Shown: positions 1-13,485, numbered from the stretch's first letter. The stretch is 64,000 nucleotides of DNA from Eledone cirrhosa (GCA_964016885.1 OZ024744.1:41788001-41852000), one strand, 5' to 3'. The notes: a model not told the origin generated them from the sequence alone. A program made the numbers and translations.

Positions 1-212
1 TATGCTTTACGGCAGAGAGTTACGGCCTTTTACATTCTGAGTTCAAATCCTGCCGAGGTTAGCTTTGCCTTTCATCCTTATGGGGTTGATAAAATAAAGT
101 ACTAATAATCCATTGGGGTCGATTTAATTGACTTTCCTTCCCCCCACCAAAATTGTTGGACTTGTGCCAAAAGTAGAAACAATTATTATTATTATCCTCA
201 TCATTATTATTA
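1..212 (+). mobile_element. Nin/Deu-domain tRNA-derived SINE (5' end cut by the window)
   Basis: B-box GAGTTCAAATCC, core GCCTTTCATCCTTATGGGGTTGATAAAATAAAGTAC and a (TTA)n tail; at least 8 related copies occur in the window. Confidence 0.8.
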
Positions 213-381
213 TTTAAACTTCCATTGATTTCTGCCATTTTCCAATATCGTGGTAACAACCTGATCCCTGAAACAAAATTTGGGAATACTTACATTTAAC
301 AGTCTATTGTTATACAAACGATACAATAAAGACATAATAAACTCTACAGTAAATGTCTTTGCAAGGTATTTAAATTGATAA

Positions 382-720
382 TGGAGGCACATGGCTTAGT
401 GGTTAGAGCATTGGCCTTGCAATCGAAAGGTTGTGAGTTCAATTCTCAGACCGGGTGATGTGTTGTTTCCTTGAACAAGACACTTTATTTCACTTTATTT
501 CCCTTTATTTCACATGTAGAAATGAGATGATAGGGACCGGGGTCCCTATCATTCCACTGCAAAGTGGTCGTGGAGGTGCCACGGCAAAAAAGCACCCAGC
601 ACTCACTGTAAATGAGGTTGGTGTTAGGAAGGGCATCCACCTGTAGAAATCAAGCCAGAATCTGTTCCCGTCCCGCCCTTGCAAGCAGGGAAAAGCGGAC
701 GTAAAATGAAATGATGATGA
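382..720 (+). mobile_element. tRNA-derived CORE-type SINE with RTE-like 3' tail
   Basis: A-box TGGCTTAGTGG (392), B-box GAGTTCAATTC (435), CCTTGAACAAGACACTTTA core, GTTGGTGTTAGGAAGGGCATCC and (ATG)n tail; near-identical to 9458-9806. Confidence 0.8.
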
Positions 721-1698
721 AAATGAATGCCCTTCTCAGGACATGAACACTACCTGTCAGCTCTATTTTCTGTATCTCTTGCAGTGATGGCTTTCCAGGT
801 ATCTGGTCCAAATACCTTTCTGGCTTTCCGGGTGGCTTCCTTCACCTCATAAAAAGAAGATAACTTCATATTAGAAGGAAAAACTCTGCTGTATTGGTTC
901 TTAATTCTACTACTACTTGTAGTAGTAGTAGTGGCGGTGGTAGTGATAGTAGTAGTAGTGATAATGATCAAATAGTTGGTTCTATCTATATATAGCTTGT
1001 TTTCTTATTTTGCTGCTAAGACATACCAATAAAGACCCCTTTCTAAATATTTCTAACTTTTTGGTTTCTCATAATTCTGTATCTGAACTTGTGTTTGTTT
1101 TTTTTTCTGTTTGTTTGTTTTTACTGTTATTGTTTTTCTTGGGGTTTGTAATTAATTTATCTATTTGTTTACTTTCACAATTTCATTACCTCAGGAAGGA
1201 CATTTTTGCTTGCTTCACTGTACATCCTTGTTACTTTGTATTTAAACCCTCCTGGCTGACTTCAGTTTATACTAAGAAAAGAAAAAATATACAAAAGAGA
1301 CAGAGACAGGCAGGCAAACAGACAAACATACAAACAATCAGAGAATAATAAATTAATATTTGGTCTACTAGATAAATCCAAATGTTATGAAATGAGAATC
1401 AGAGAGCAGAATGTTTTTGTTTTTTGTTGTTGAGGTTTATTTATAATATCCAACTAAATCTTCATTGTTAATTAAATGAGATTATTGAACTTAAAATATC
1501 TTATATTTTCACTAACAGTCACTAAATCTGTTTATTTGTCAAATTGTTTGATGTAATATTTTCAAATATACAGTCATACCTCACTTACTGATCAGGTCTC
1601 ATCTCTCCAACTTAACCATGAAATTGAATATGTCAGTAAATGAATAATTCTTTGTCAAAAAACCAATTCCTTTATGACCAGATTCTGTCCCAATTACT

Positions 1699-1703
<5 letters not shown>

Positions 1704-1739
<36 letters not shown>

Positions 1740-2850
1740 TATCATCATCATCATTTTTACGCCTGCTTTTCCATGCTTACATGGGTTGGACAGGTCCTTC
1801 TCAACATGGCATTTCTTCACTGGTCATGTTCCTTCATCTTCTCTGCTAATTTTAGTGATTTGAGGTCAGCTCTGACTACCTCTGCCTATGTTTTTTTATG
1901 GTCTTCCTCTACTACATCTTCCTTCTACTGGGATTTCTTGGCACTTCTTTACCCAGCAGTCATCCTCCATGTGCATCACATGTCCATACCATCGCAGTAT
2001 TCTCTCCCGCACACTACAACTAATCTCTTTTATACACAGTTTCTCTCTCAATTCATCTATGCTTGGTCATTCACACACATTGACAATGCATCCATCGGAG
2101 CATACTTGCTTCAGTTCTGTCCAGCCATTGCATATCCTCCGCAATTGCTGCCCATGTCTCACTACCATGCAACATTGCGCATCTCACACAGGCATTATCG
2201 GTAGAGGGTCGGCCACCATGCTTTGCAGCACAGTTACGTCCCTTTACGGACTGAGTTCAAAACTCGCCGAGGTTAACTTTGCCTTTCATCCTTAAGGGGT
2301 CGATAAAATAAAGTACCAGTAATACACTGGGATAATTGCTGGCCTTGTGCCAAAAGTAGAAACAATTATTTAACTGGCCTTTCATTCATAGGGAGAAACC
2401 CTTCTTTGTCAACAAAGGAAGCAGCTCTCTAAATTTTTTCCAACTCATCCTTATTCTAGAAACTATGGTCTCGGAGCACCCTCCTCCATTGCAAATCTTA
2501 TCACCTAGGTATTGGAAACTATCAACCACCTCTATATCCTACTGCATTTGAAAAATGTGTCTATCACTGCGACTTCTACTGTCAAATTTCCCTGAACATC
2601 TACTACATATGTAGTTTTCCCTACCTGTTAGTTTGCCTGCTATCCCACTACATCTCTTGTGTACCCAAGATCTGCATTGTGTACATTCTATAGAGTTTAT
2701 GCCAACTCCTTTTCTACATATTTGAACATGGCCATTTCCCTGATGGAATCAAAATGTTGTCCTCATTCTTACTTATCAACACTTTAGTCTTAGCTAGGTT
2801 CACTCTCAGTCCTCTTGATTCCAACTGCTGTTTCCATAGCCAGAATTTAA
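1704..2850 (-). mobile_element. Decayed RTE-clade LINE 3' fragment with (ATG)n tail, interrupted by a SINE
   Basis: Minus-strand remnants LESRGLRVNLAKTKVL, WKKFRELLPLL..KG, ACVRCAMLHGSETW and LRWYGHV..RGRP match RTE RT C-terminal motifs; (CAT)n at 1704-1752. Confidence 0.8.
2191..2371 (+). mobile_element. Nin/Deu SINE nested in the RTE LINE
   Basis: GAGTTCAAAACTCGCCGAGG...GCCTTTCATCCTTAAGGGGTCGATAAAATAAAGTACC; RTE coding remnants continue on both sides. Confidence 0.8.
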
Positions 2851-3062
2851 ACATTAACGAAAATATTTCGAAACTGAAAAAACGGATTTGCCAGATAAAG
2901 AACAGACACAAATATGTAACATAAATATGTTACATAAAAGAAATTCCAAAAGAAATTCAAAAAGTACATAATACAAAACAATTATTCCATAAGTGTTAGT
3001 GGTCTTTGAATGAGATGGTCACTAAGTGAGGAGAAGCTGTACCATTCTTAATTATTTAAAGA

Positions 3063-3289
3063 GGGCAGTGGATTGGCATTATCAGTAGAGAGTTGGACAC
3101 CATGCTTTGTAACATAGAGTTGCAGTCCTTTATGGTCTGAGTTCAAATCCCGCTGAGGTTGTTTTTACCTTTCATCCTTACAGAGTCGATAAAATAAAGC
3201 ACCAATAACGTACTGGGGTCGATTTAATGTACTTTCTCCTCTCCCCAAATTACTGGCCTTGTGCCTATACTAGAACTCATTATTATTAT
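3063..3289 (+). mobile_element. Nin/Deu SINE, near full length
   Basis: GGCAGTGGATTGGCA head, GAGTTCAAATCCC B-box, CCTTTCATCCTTACAGAGTCGATAAAATAAAG core, (TTA)n tail. Confidence 0.8.
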
Positions 3290-3329
3290 CTAAAGGAAAA
3301 TATTCCTTTTGTTTTCTCTGTTCAAAATA

Positions 3330-3660
3330 ATTATTTCTAACATAGGCACAATTTTGCAGATTTTCGTGGTTGGATGGAGGGGACAATTGATTACATTAAC
3401 TCAGTATTCAACTGGTACTTTATTTTATCAACTGCAAAATGAAAAAAAGCAAAGTTGACTTCAATTGGATTAGAACCCAGTTTGACTAAATACCACTAGG
3501 CATTTTGTCCAAAGCTATAATAATTTTGCTAATCCATCAAAATAATGGTTTTTAGTTTAGACACAAAGCCAGCAGCTGAAGGGGAGTAAAAGTCGATTAT
3601 ATCAACCCAGTATTTACTGCACTTTATTCTCTTGACCCTAGAAAGATGAAAGGCAAAGTT
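3330..3660 (-). mobile_element. Two degenerate Nin/Deu SINE copies
   Basis: Reverse-complement core motifs TGGTACTTTATTTTATC and GATGAAAGGCAAAGTT, both diverged. Confidence 0.6.
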
Positions 3661-3993
3661 AGGATTGGCAAGTAGTGCTCTTCAATCAATGTATCACCCT
3701 ATGTATTTTATATCAAGCCTAACCTGTGCTAGCATTGAAAAATATACATTAAACGGTGATCATGATGAACAAGTATCAGTAAAAGTTGTATTCTTAAAAT
3801 GGTTAAATTTATATAAAAATATGACTTTATGTTAGGAGTTAGTTGATGACTTAGAAAGATAGTATTAGCAAATAAACCAATATAAACCATCATAAACCCA
3901 AAGTGCTTCTATTTGAGGGTTTTTTCATGTAAAGAAGGTAAACATACCATTTAGGGACAATTCATGATATGTTAACAACTGACAAAGTCTTTA

Positions 3994-4292
3994 TAATAAT
4001 AATAACAATAATGAAATTATTGTGTACAGTGCTCAGGTGCACTACAACTCGTCAAAGATGTATGTATAGTACATAGAATAATATACAAATGTCAGGGAAG
4101 TGAATAGTGTATGAGTCATGATATACATGTGTGTATGTGTATGGAGGGGGAACATTAGGTGTAGTGTTGGCGAATCTCGAGAAGCATGGAGGCCTTAAAG
4201 GATGCAGTGTCTCGACAGCTAACAACTGATGCAGGTAGTTTGTTCCATGCTTCAGCAACTCTGAGCGTGAAAAAATGTTTCCGAAAGTTCTG
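3994..4292 (-). mobile_element. CR1-clade LINE 3' end
   Basis: Minus frame reads FFTLRVAEAWNKLPASVVSC (the CR1 FF.xRV..WNxLP motif), followed by a 3' UTR and (TTA)n tail. Confidence 0.75.
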
Positions 4293-4324
4293 AAGTTATA
4301 ATGTAATTGAATATTTTTCAGTCT

Positions 4325-4520
4325 CAGGAAAGAATTGCTGGAGAGATTTTATGGGCAGAACCAACTGGCAAGAGAACCAGGGGTAAACCCCAAGCAAGAT
4401 GGTTGGATAACATCCTTGAGATTGGCTGGTCAGGCTTGGGGAAAATTCCGGATCTGTTGGAGATAGTTGCTTCTGACAGGACTGGCTGCAAGGATTGTTT
4501 GAAGACTCTACACCCAAGTG
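4325..4520 (+). mobile_element. RTE-type LINE C-terminal fragment
   Basis: ERIAGEILWAEPTGKRTRGKPQARWLDNI resembles the GxRxRGRPxxRWxD motif of RTE elements. Confidence 0.6.
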
Positions 4521-4797
4521 TGGGGGGGGGGGGAGAAGAAGGATACATTGATATAAATAATTGTATTGAACTTGGCACAAATGAAATCTAAAATATTAGT
4601 GGGCAACATAATTCAATGTTTTCAAAAATCAGAAATATGAACACAGTTTGGTTTTAAAGCTGCCAAAAGGCATTTTGGTTACTCTCAGGTATGAAATAAT
4701 TGCCCCCTCCTTTCCTCTTCCTTATTAATTTTTTTAGATTTTTCAAACCCATCCACACTCTTATACCAACCTTCCCACTTATTATATTTTAATATAT

Positions 4798-4955
4798 AGC
4801 ATGGAGTTACGGTCTTTTACGATCTGAGTTCAAATCCTGCCGCAGGTAGCCTTGCATTTCATCTTTACAGGGTCGATAAAGTGAAGTACCAGTAATGCAG
4901 TGGGGTTGATTTAATCGACTTTCCCCTCCCCCTTAGTGTCAAAATCAGAAACCAA
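4798..4955 (+). mobile_element. Nin/Deu SINE fragment
   Basis: GAGTTCAAATCCTGCCG...TTTCATCTTTACAGGGTCGATAAAGTGAAGTACCAG. Confidence 0.7.
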
Positions 4956-6844
4956 TATATTGCATAATAAAACATAACATAATAAATATAGCAAGTCCAC
5001 AAAATGCTAATTATACTCTTTTCATTGTTTTACTTTTGTTTCTTTTTAAGATGTGTTGCTTGTATCAATATCTGTTGACTACTCCTCAGCATTTGGATGT
5101 TCCTAAGATTTTCTGGAATTTTAGCAAACAATTACCGATTTTCCGTCACGACCCACCCCCTGTTTATTCCACACACCTCTATTATTTGGGATCCAAGAGT
5201 ACTTACTTTCTAATTTAATTTTCCTGATATCATAAATTGTAAATTGATTTAGTACTAATGTCTTCTGTCATGATGAGTGCAAGAAAATTTATTTGGTAAT
5301 GAATTATGAAATTCTATGTTACCAAACATTCGTTAACCTAAACGTGATATATTATTTCACCAGAGAAAAATATATGCTGATATTCTTGCGGTGATGGGAA
5401 GATCTTGAGTTTTACTTTGTGTGTATTTTGAAGGACTAGAAATTTTTCGAGATGTTGACACATGTTGAAAATTGGAATGAATCCTCACAGTATTTAGTAA
5501 TTTTGTGGGCATATATGTATATGTGTGTGCATGTGTATATGTGCATATACATAAATTTATATGTATGAGTATATAAATATAAACATGCAAACATAGATAC
5601 ACTTACAAAAATACACACTCAGAGACATACATTCACACAAACATACATACATTCTCACAAGCACACACATACATTCATACAAGCACACACACACACATTT
5701 ATGCAAACATACACATGCATTCACACACTGCATAGCAAATGAAACACCATCCACTGTTTTACTATAGTTTTTTCACCATCCCCTTCCTTCCTTTTACACA
5801 CACACACAGATTATATGATAGACGGAAGTCACTCAAATTTATATATAGAAGTATCTCAAGACAAAACTAATGAACTTCATTTTTATCGATATGATACCTT
5901 GAATTTTGTGTCTGTAATTACAGTTGTTTCAAGTTCTAAATCTCCAAACTGAAAAACTTTTTAAGAACCTTAAGGAGTTAAGTAACTTCAGGCTACAAAA
6001 AGTATATAGAGATAGCTGGGAGATAACTGGCAAAGGAAAGATCTAAGCTATATCATTTGGAGAGAACTTCAAAGACAGCTTTCATCAAAGTTTCAAGGAG
6101 TTGATACTTTATTTGAAACAACAAACCAAATTGAAGCAGTGAAATAGCACAACATTTTCAAGTGTTTTATTGATGTTGTGCTTTTGGTGGTTAGGGAATG
6201 AGGTTTAGGGTTTAGTGAATCATCACACTTACAGAACTGCTGTCAAGATGAGATTCTTTTCTCAAGTATCATGTATTACTGGTAAAAGTATTCTGGTAAA
6301 AAAAGGTGTTTGCCTTCATGTTCATTACTCATCTCACAAGTCACTGAATGTATTTATCTCAAAATGGTTTAACCATATGGAGCAATATATTTTTCTGGAA
6401 ACGTGGTTTTCAAAATATTTCATAATCAATGTGAATGCAACACCAGATTCCTCCCATGTTGAATATATGACATCTCTCTCGAGGTATGTTAATCTAAAAG
6501 ACAGATAGACAATAAAATACCTGGCCAAAATTACAATCCTCACCGGAGCAAGGTGCAACATGGCCAACTATGGCCGGTCTTGCTCCTGTGTGGATGACCC
6601 ATCTAACCCTTGCAAGCAGGGAAAAATGGATGCTAAACGGTGAAGATGATGATGATATATATATAAAGGTAAAGTAAATACTCCCTTCAGTAGCAAATGA
6701 CCATGGGATTTGGATCTAGAAAGTTCTCGGAGGTACAAGTCCAGACAAGGTTGTTTATGGAAGACCAGCATTTGCTCATACATACCAGTTACCCTTCTTC
6801 ACACCACTGATGATGTCCAAGGGACAGATAAATGCCAATATAGC

Positions 6845-6965
6845 TTGGTATCTATGACATTACAACTCATTTCTACAGCTGAGTAAACTGGAGCAACATG
6901 AAATAAAGTGTCTTGCTCAAGGACACAATGCATCACCCAGTCCATAAATCAAACTCACAAGATCA
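6845..6965 (-). mobile_element. CORE-type SINE fragment
   Basis: CTCATTTCTACAGCTGAGTAAACTGGAGCAACATGAAATAAAGTGTCTTGCTCAAGG is the reverse complement of the core at 9548-9600. Confidence 0.7.
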
Positions 6966-7012
6966 TAATTCCAAACACGAAGCTATGTGCCTTCATATAT
7001 ATGTGTGTATAT

Positions 7013-7048
<36 letters not shown>

Positions 7049-7737
7049 AATCATAATTGAATGTTTGGTTTCTCTTCTAATAGGCCCAGGCATGGCTGCA
7101 TGGTTAAGGAGTTCACTTCACAACCATATGGTTTCAGGTTCACTCCCATTATATAGCACCTTGAACAATTGCGTTTTACTATAGCTTCATGAAGACCAAT
7201 GTCTCATGATGAAAAGTTCATTGTATATGTGTGTGCGTGTGTGATGACTGGATTTAAGTTTGTGTCTGTGTCTTTGATTATTCTTCTGTAACTTCAACCA
7301 GAAAGAGATTGGTAAAATAATCATCAGAATTGGAAATAAAATCACAGATAGCATAAATAAATACCACAAAGCATTCTATCCAATGCTTTAAAGACTCTTT
7401 TAATTCACCATCTATTAATAAAAGAAATAAAAGAACAAATGATCTCTAGCTATTAACCTATCATTAACAAAAATCCTAGTGACCTCTAACTGGTAATTTC
7501 TATTCACAACAAATTGTTTTGGTGACTAATTTGCTGTAAATACAAGATAGCAGAATTGCAACTAAAATACTATGATTCTTTCTAACAGATCGATAAACAT
7601 TGCTGATGTGGTAAACCAAAATAGAATTCATTTTAAAAAGTAACGCAAAATGTCTTTAAATATTTTATCTCAAATTAAAGAAGAAACCTCTTTTATAATC
7701 TCGGTTAAAATTTTGTGCATTCATAAATGTATAATAT

Positions 7738-8015
7738 ATCATCATCATCATTGTCGCCATCATCATCATCATTATCGTTGTCATCATCATCATCATCATT
7801 ATCACCATCACCACCATCATCACCATCATCGTCACCATCATCATCATTATCACCACCATCATCGTCATCATCATCAACATCGTCATCATCATCATTATCC
7901 TCATTGTTGTCACCACCGTCATCATCACCACCACCACCATCATCACCATCGTCATCATCATCATCATCATCATCAACATCGTCATCATCATCATCATTAT
8001 CCTCATATTTGTTGC

Positions 8016-8047
<32 letters not shown>

Positions 8048-8130
8048 CCATCATCAACATCGTCATCATCATCATCATCATCATCATCATCAACAACAAC
8101 ATCGTGTACATCATCGTTCATCATCATCAT
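7738..8130. repeat. Imperfect (CAT/CAC/CGT)n trinucleotide microsatellite, about 390 bp
   Basis: Direct reading; it produces spurious poly-H/S/M/D ORFs. Confidence 0.95.
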
Positions 8131-8761
8131 CCCCATTTAATGTTTATATTCCATGTTTGCATTGGTTAGTTTTTAGGCTAGACTCATAATGTCTTGCTCA
8201 TATGTTCCATTTTGGGTTTGGTTTCCACTGACCGGATGCCCTTATCAATGCCATCCACTTTACAGTGTGTATTGGGAGCATGGTTTCTACTGGCTTTCCT
8301 AACACCAACCAGTTTACAGGGTGTACTGGGAGTATGGTTTCTACAGCTGAATGGCCTTCCCATTGTCAACTACTTTACACTATGTACTGGAAGTTGAAAT
8401 ATCTGATACAACCTTACCAAGAGAAGATTTCCTGTTCTCCTCAACACACTCCAGTCTGGGAGCTGTGACCACCTGAACATCAACATGTGGTAACAATTCT
8501 TTATAACAATTTATTTGACTTCTGTTAAGTAAAACCATGTCACAACTCTCACCTGCATTTATTGTCATTCTTGATAATACACTGATACTAATTTCCTAAA
8601 CAACCATTTTCTTTTATTTGTTTCTCAGACTCCCTGCGTGTTAATTTTTCTTGCTTTTTGAATACATTCCATGTGACTACAGAATTGAGGCTATTAAATA
8701 CTGTTTAAACTCAGTTCCTTATGAGCTACCAGACCAAAGTGGTAGAAAATTCATTATAGTT

Positions 8762-8900
8762 GGTCTTCAATTTATCTCCAAAAACAACAATTATTTCATG
8801 TTCAATGTAACAGCCTACTGACAACAATCAGGAATGGCATTGGGAACAAAAGTTGCACCAACATATGCCAACTTGGTAATGAGATACCATGAATTAATCC
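8762..8900 (+). mobile_element. Penelope-like reverse transcriptase fragment
   Basis: The frame from 8762 reads GLQFISKNNNYFMFNVTAY*QQSGMALGTKVAPTYANLVM, matching the Penelope RT motif NYFxF...Q..GxAMGT..APxYANLxM; one in-frame stop. Confidence 0.75.
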
Positions 8901-9269
8901 TCACAAATGTATGGGGATGAATTGTCTGCCAAATATAAAATGTGAACTTTACCACTGAGGGGTAAACAGTGAAACTGCCTGCCTAACACTCATTGTACAC
9001 TACCTATCATAGCTCTAGCAACCCACCACAATTATTTCCTACTGAATCTCATATTTATTAAGTCTATTTAACGTTAGAGATTATAATATTAATGACTTGC
9101 CGTAGCTCACAGGGTAGGTTACCATAGGTTCGTTAAGGTTATTGGTTAAGGTTAAGGCTGGTTTACTCAGAGAGTTAGAACTCACTTGCAGTTCAAGTGT
9201 TTTAGAAGAAGTGTCTTAGCCTTTAGCACGCCACTAAATTTTTTGAATTATTTCCCCATCAACTGCCTT

Positions 9270-9381
9270 ATTTTTGGGGGTCATCTATTCTGGCAAATAT
9301 AGGCCTAAACCTAAATTACACCTCAGAATATTAGGGGTCGACCTATATGTCAGATCAACTTGAATGCCGGCATATACAGTA
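9270..9381. mobile_element. Possible pogo/Tc2-type MITE terminus
   Basis: Ends GGGGTCGACCTATATG...GCCGGCATATACAGTA, resembling TACCGTA-type termini; no partner terminus found. Confidence 0.35.
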
Positions 9382-9457
9382 ATTTAATTAATTTCAGGTT
9401 GAGTTGTTAAATTATTTTTCTTCTCATTAATAGCTATTTAACTTTATACTGAATATC

Positions 9458-9806
9458 TGGAGGTACATGGCTTAGTGGTTAGAGCATTGGCCTTGCAATC
9501 GAAAGGTTGTGAGTTCAATTCTCAGACAGGGTGATGTGTTGTTTCTTTGAGCAAGACACTTTATTTCACATTGCTCCAGTTTACTCAGCTGTAGAAATGA
9601 GATGATAGGGACTGGGATCCATATCATTCCACTGCAAAGTGGTCGTGGAGGTGTCCACGGGAAAAAAACACCCAGCACTCACTGTAAATGAGGTTGGTGT
9701 TAGGAAGGGCATCCAGCTGTAGAAATCGAGCCAGAATCAGTTCCCGTCCCACCCTTGCAAGCAGGGAAAAGCTGACGTAAAATGATGATGATGATGATGA
9801 TGATGA
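9458..9806 (+). mobile_element. tRNA-derived CORE-type SINE, full length, (ATG)n tail
   Basis: A and B boxes, CTTTGAGCAAGACACTTTATTTCAC core and RTE-like tail; paralog of 382-720. Confidence 0.85.
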
Positions 9807-10212
9807 TCTCTGGCTAAGCCATGTGCAGTTCATAACCTTTAGTTTTCCTTTTAGCTGTAATAGCTGTCCAGTCTAGACGTTGTTTCCAATGCAGAAAATT
9901 CATAAGAGGTTTTCTTAAAATGGCAATTAATTAGTATATCTTGAAACTAATATACTGCGAGCATATTGGCTAGCCTCAAAATATTCCATTGCCCCTTGTG
10001 ATGTGTGGCATTCGGTGGTGGATTGATGGTCGGTTTCATTTTTGGTTTTTGCTTCCCTCCTTTTTCTTTTTTATTTTTTTTTTATTTCTCTCACTCTGGT
10101 CATATATTTTGGTGTTGTTTTAGTGAGGTTCCTAACAGTAGTTAATTGCATTTGTTATATTTGTAATGTTTGTGAACAATGTGTAATATTATTTATGTAT
10201 ATTTATATATTA

Positions 10213-13139
10213 CTAGTAGAGGTAACCGGCGTTGCTTGGGTATTAAATAGCAGTCATGTATAGCACTCATGTCAATACTTCAGTGCTGCTTTAAAAACTA
10301 TATTTGTACAAAATCATTGGCTTTTTCCAACGGGGGCTCCTGCCCCCAGGGGTTCCCTACTGAATATGTGCTAATTCTGAGTGTTCAAATTTATCTGTAG
10401 AACAAACGTAGCCCATGTGTCAAGTTTGGTGAAAATTGGTTGCGAACTCCAGAAGTTATGACGTTTTGTTGCATTGCACTGCAGTGCTTCAATCAACTCC
10501 AAGGAAGTGGTTAAAGGGGGTTATCTACCCACCCACCACTCCACAGGGGGGGGGGGGGGGGGGTATAATCAATATCTGGAAAAATGATCTCTGCTATAGT
10601 CAGTTGACTGAGCACCTCATCTTGTTGAAATATCAACATCCCTCCCCCTTTCGTCTTTAGTTTCAAAATTGTCATCATCATTGTGAACCCATTCTAAATT
10701 GTCATGTGGATATAACTGGTCCAATTCCTGGTCCTCATCATCACAATAACTGGAGTACTTCTTCACATGTAACAGTCTATGTCTTTTTATTTTCTCTTTG
10801 AATGTACTTGGTTGTCATAACCTTTGCTTCGTTGTTGAAAAATAGAGAAATTATTTTAAAAGCGCCCTATCTGTGAGCAGACATTTGCAAGAAACCTATT
10901 ATGTAGGGAAGGCTAGTCTTTATTGTGATTGGCTGATTTACTTTTTAATTTTATCTGGTTTTAAAATAGGCTTTCCTTATTCCAGCTATCAGAAATTCAG
11001 CCATTTGATATTCTTGGTTTACCAGGAATACAGTGGGGATGAGTTAATATAAGCCAACATTGTTCCTATAGCTTGTAAAGTTTTATCTCAGAGTTCACAA
11101 TTGCAACAACATTTATTGTGGCTTATTAAACTGAACTTTGTCCATAAAATAACATTAAAAATAACATTTTATTTATTAATTTCAATTTGGCCTTATTCAT
11201 ACATTTATGTGAGGAAGTATCAACATTGAAATATGTCTATAAGGGCTTTAAGGAAATTGTACCCAGAAGCATCTTTTTATTGATAGGCCTCAATCCAAAA
11301 AAGTTCAGTATCAGATTCATTGGTCCAGTATACAAATGGATTTTTGAAATTGATAGTCACGTAACCAAATATTCTATCAACTTTAGAATCTGAGTTGCAT
11401 TCTTTGGTTGGTTGAAGAAGATTTCAAACATAGAGGTAATATATTTCTTATAATTTATAAACTCTCTGGTAATATTTGTTTCAGCTGTTTGAATAAACAT
11501 AAAAGAAATTGTTGACATTGCTTCCATATGCATATTTCTCCATTGTTTGTTATGTTACCTTGATTCTTCAATTCTTCAATATCTTCAAACCTATAACTGA
11601 AGTTAGTCTTAGGATCAAAATACTCTTCAATAGACCAATTCCTGAGGTTGTAGCTTTAGTTTATTGCCATACAATTTTAACAGTAATGTTAAGTCATCCA
11701 ATAATTTAGTTTTGTCAACAGTCTTAAACTCAAAAGTTATATTTACATGTATTTCATTAAAAAATGGAAATCATAAATAACAAATATGCCAAATTATTTT
11801 CAGCTGAATGTATTTCATCAATGATTTCAACAGTCTAGCACTTTTCAGAATTTCCTATAATTTGAAAATGGATTTTTAATTCAAGCTGTTTGGTTATTAT
11901 TCTCCTCGCAGTCAGATCAATAGATAACCAATTAGTTTTGGAATAGGTTTTCCCTACCATTGATTAACTGGTATAGGATTTTATAATGATGATAGAGAAA
12001 ACTATTTGCATGTATCTAGTATAAGAAATTCCAAAGTTTTTGGTAGACTTTTATCAGAAGTATAAAACACTGCTAAGTGAAGTGGGTGACATACATATCC
12101 AATTAAAATAATTGAAGCAATTTTGGCTTTAAGCTTGTAATAATTGCAACCAAGACACAAGCAATGTCTCAACTAATAACTACAAGTTACTTTATATTTA
12201 TTTTTTCCTCATTAATTCAGATTTTAAAGCTTTCACAGTGCTATCAGCATCACATTTGTCTCATTTCACTAAACCAAGATAAGTAAAGATAACTGTATTA
12301 TATGTTTTACTGTAATATATTTCAGCCATTGATAAAGTAATATTTCCATCTCATAATCTATTAATCAAGAGAACCTTGAAATGAACATTTATTACTCCTT
12401 GAAATGAACATTTATTACACTTTGTACAGATCATCCACAATTTGTAAGTAATTTTACTATTATTAATATTATATATACATATATCAACTAGATGATAGCA
12501 ATTCATTATTTAGTACAAAGGCAACTCATAAACATGGCAATGCTTCCTTCAAATGTATGACATTTATTGCTTTTAGATTTACTATATTTGAGCAATGACA
12601 TTGCTTTCATGGGACTGACACTAATATGCTTTTTGATTTCATATGTTATTTGAATCAGTGTATTTTACATCTACTAAGCAGAAAAACCACGCTTTGGGTG
12701 GTTTTCTGCTAGCATGTGTAATGTGTATATTGATATTATACGCAGGTATATATACATGTAGATATGATATATCAAATAAAATAGTAATTGACAATATACA
12801 CAGAAATTGTATGAAGACTGCGTTACACTGTAACGTAATCCATGATACATTAAAAACAGACGATATTATATATAAACTGAATTAGGAGAAAATTAGTGAC
12901 AGAAAATTAATGTTTATTTAAGCGATCGCCACTGGAAGTGTTGACATTTGAAAATTTTAAAGAAGTGAATCTTTAAATAAATAATAAAATATATTTAATC
13001 AACAGCCACGAAATTTAGTAGATAAATTATGTAATATTCATTCATTATTTATTCAAAGTAATCCAACTTATTTTACTAATGGGATAAAAAATTATAAACT
13101 GTATGCAGTCCCACGCTTCTTACTTTATTATAGTTTAGA
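10213..13139 (-). mobile_element. Non-autonomous Helitron-like element
   Basis: The minus strand starts A|TCTAAACTATAATAAAG (13139) and ends CCCAAGCAACGCCGGTTACCTCTACTAG|T (10213): 5'-TC, subterminal GC-rich imperfect hairpin, 3'-CTAG and an A/T target. Confidence 0.6.
11031..12934 (-). mobile_element. Decayed hAT transposon (transposase pseudogene) inside the Helitron
   Basis: Imperfect TIRs CAGTGGGGAT (11031) and ATCGCCACTG (ending 12934). Minus-strand remnants VCHPLHLAV..LPKTLEFLI, TNWLSI..RRII..LELKIHF, FWIEAYQ*KDASGYN and SMLILPH match hAT CxxH, RWLS and dimerization motifs. Not shown in the ORF track. Confidence 0.75.
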
Positions 13140-13485
13140 TATCCCACTTTCAAATTTCCAATGAGTCAAAACAGTATTTATTTCAACTGCAACTAACAAT
13201 TAACCAGTTTTCAAAAGATTAATTTCTACTGCGATTACTTTAAAATTTTTGTTTATATTGCATTTGTTTTTATATTTCATAAGTTACAAGGATTCGTAGT
13301 TTAAAAGATTTAAAGAAAAACTGCTCTTCATTAAACTATTCACTGGTGTATATTTATCTTTTTACTCACCTAGACTGAACCATCTTCTTGTTTGTATGGT
13401 ATGGACTTGAAACTCCTAATGGAGTTGTAGAGGTACTATCATGACACACAGCATGTCTTGGGTATTTATTTAATCTAGCAGAGCC

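Noticed and set aside
382-460. tRNA gene
   Set aside because: A and B boxes are present but they are SINE heads continuing into a CORE domain; no complete cloverleaf.
7650-8189. Poly-His, poly-Ser, poly-Met and poly-Asp ORFs
   Set aside because: These are frames of a (CAT)n microsatellite; the same applies to 1599-1849.
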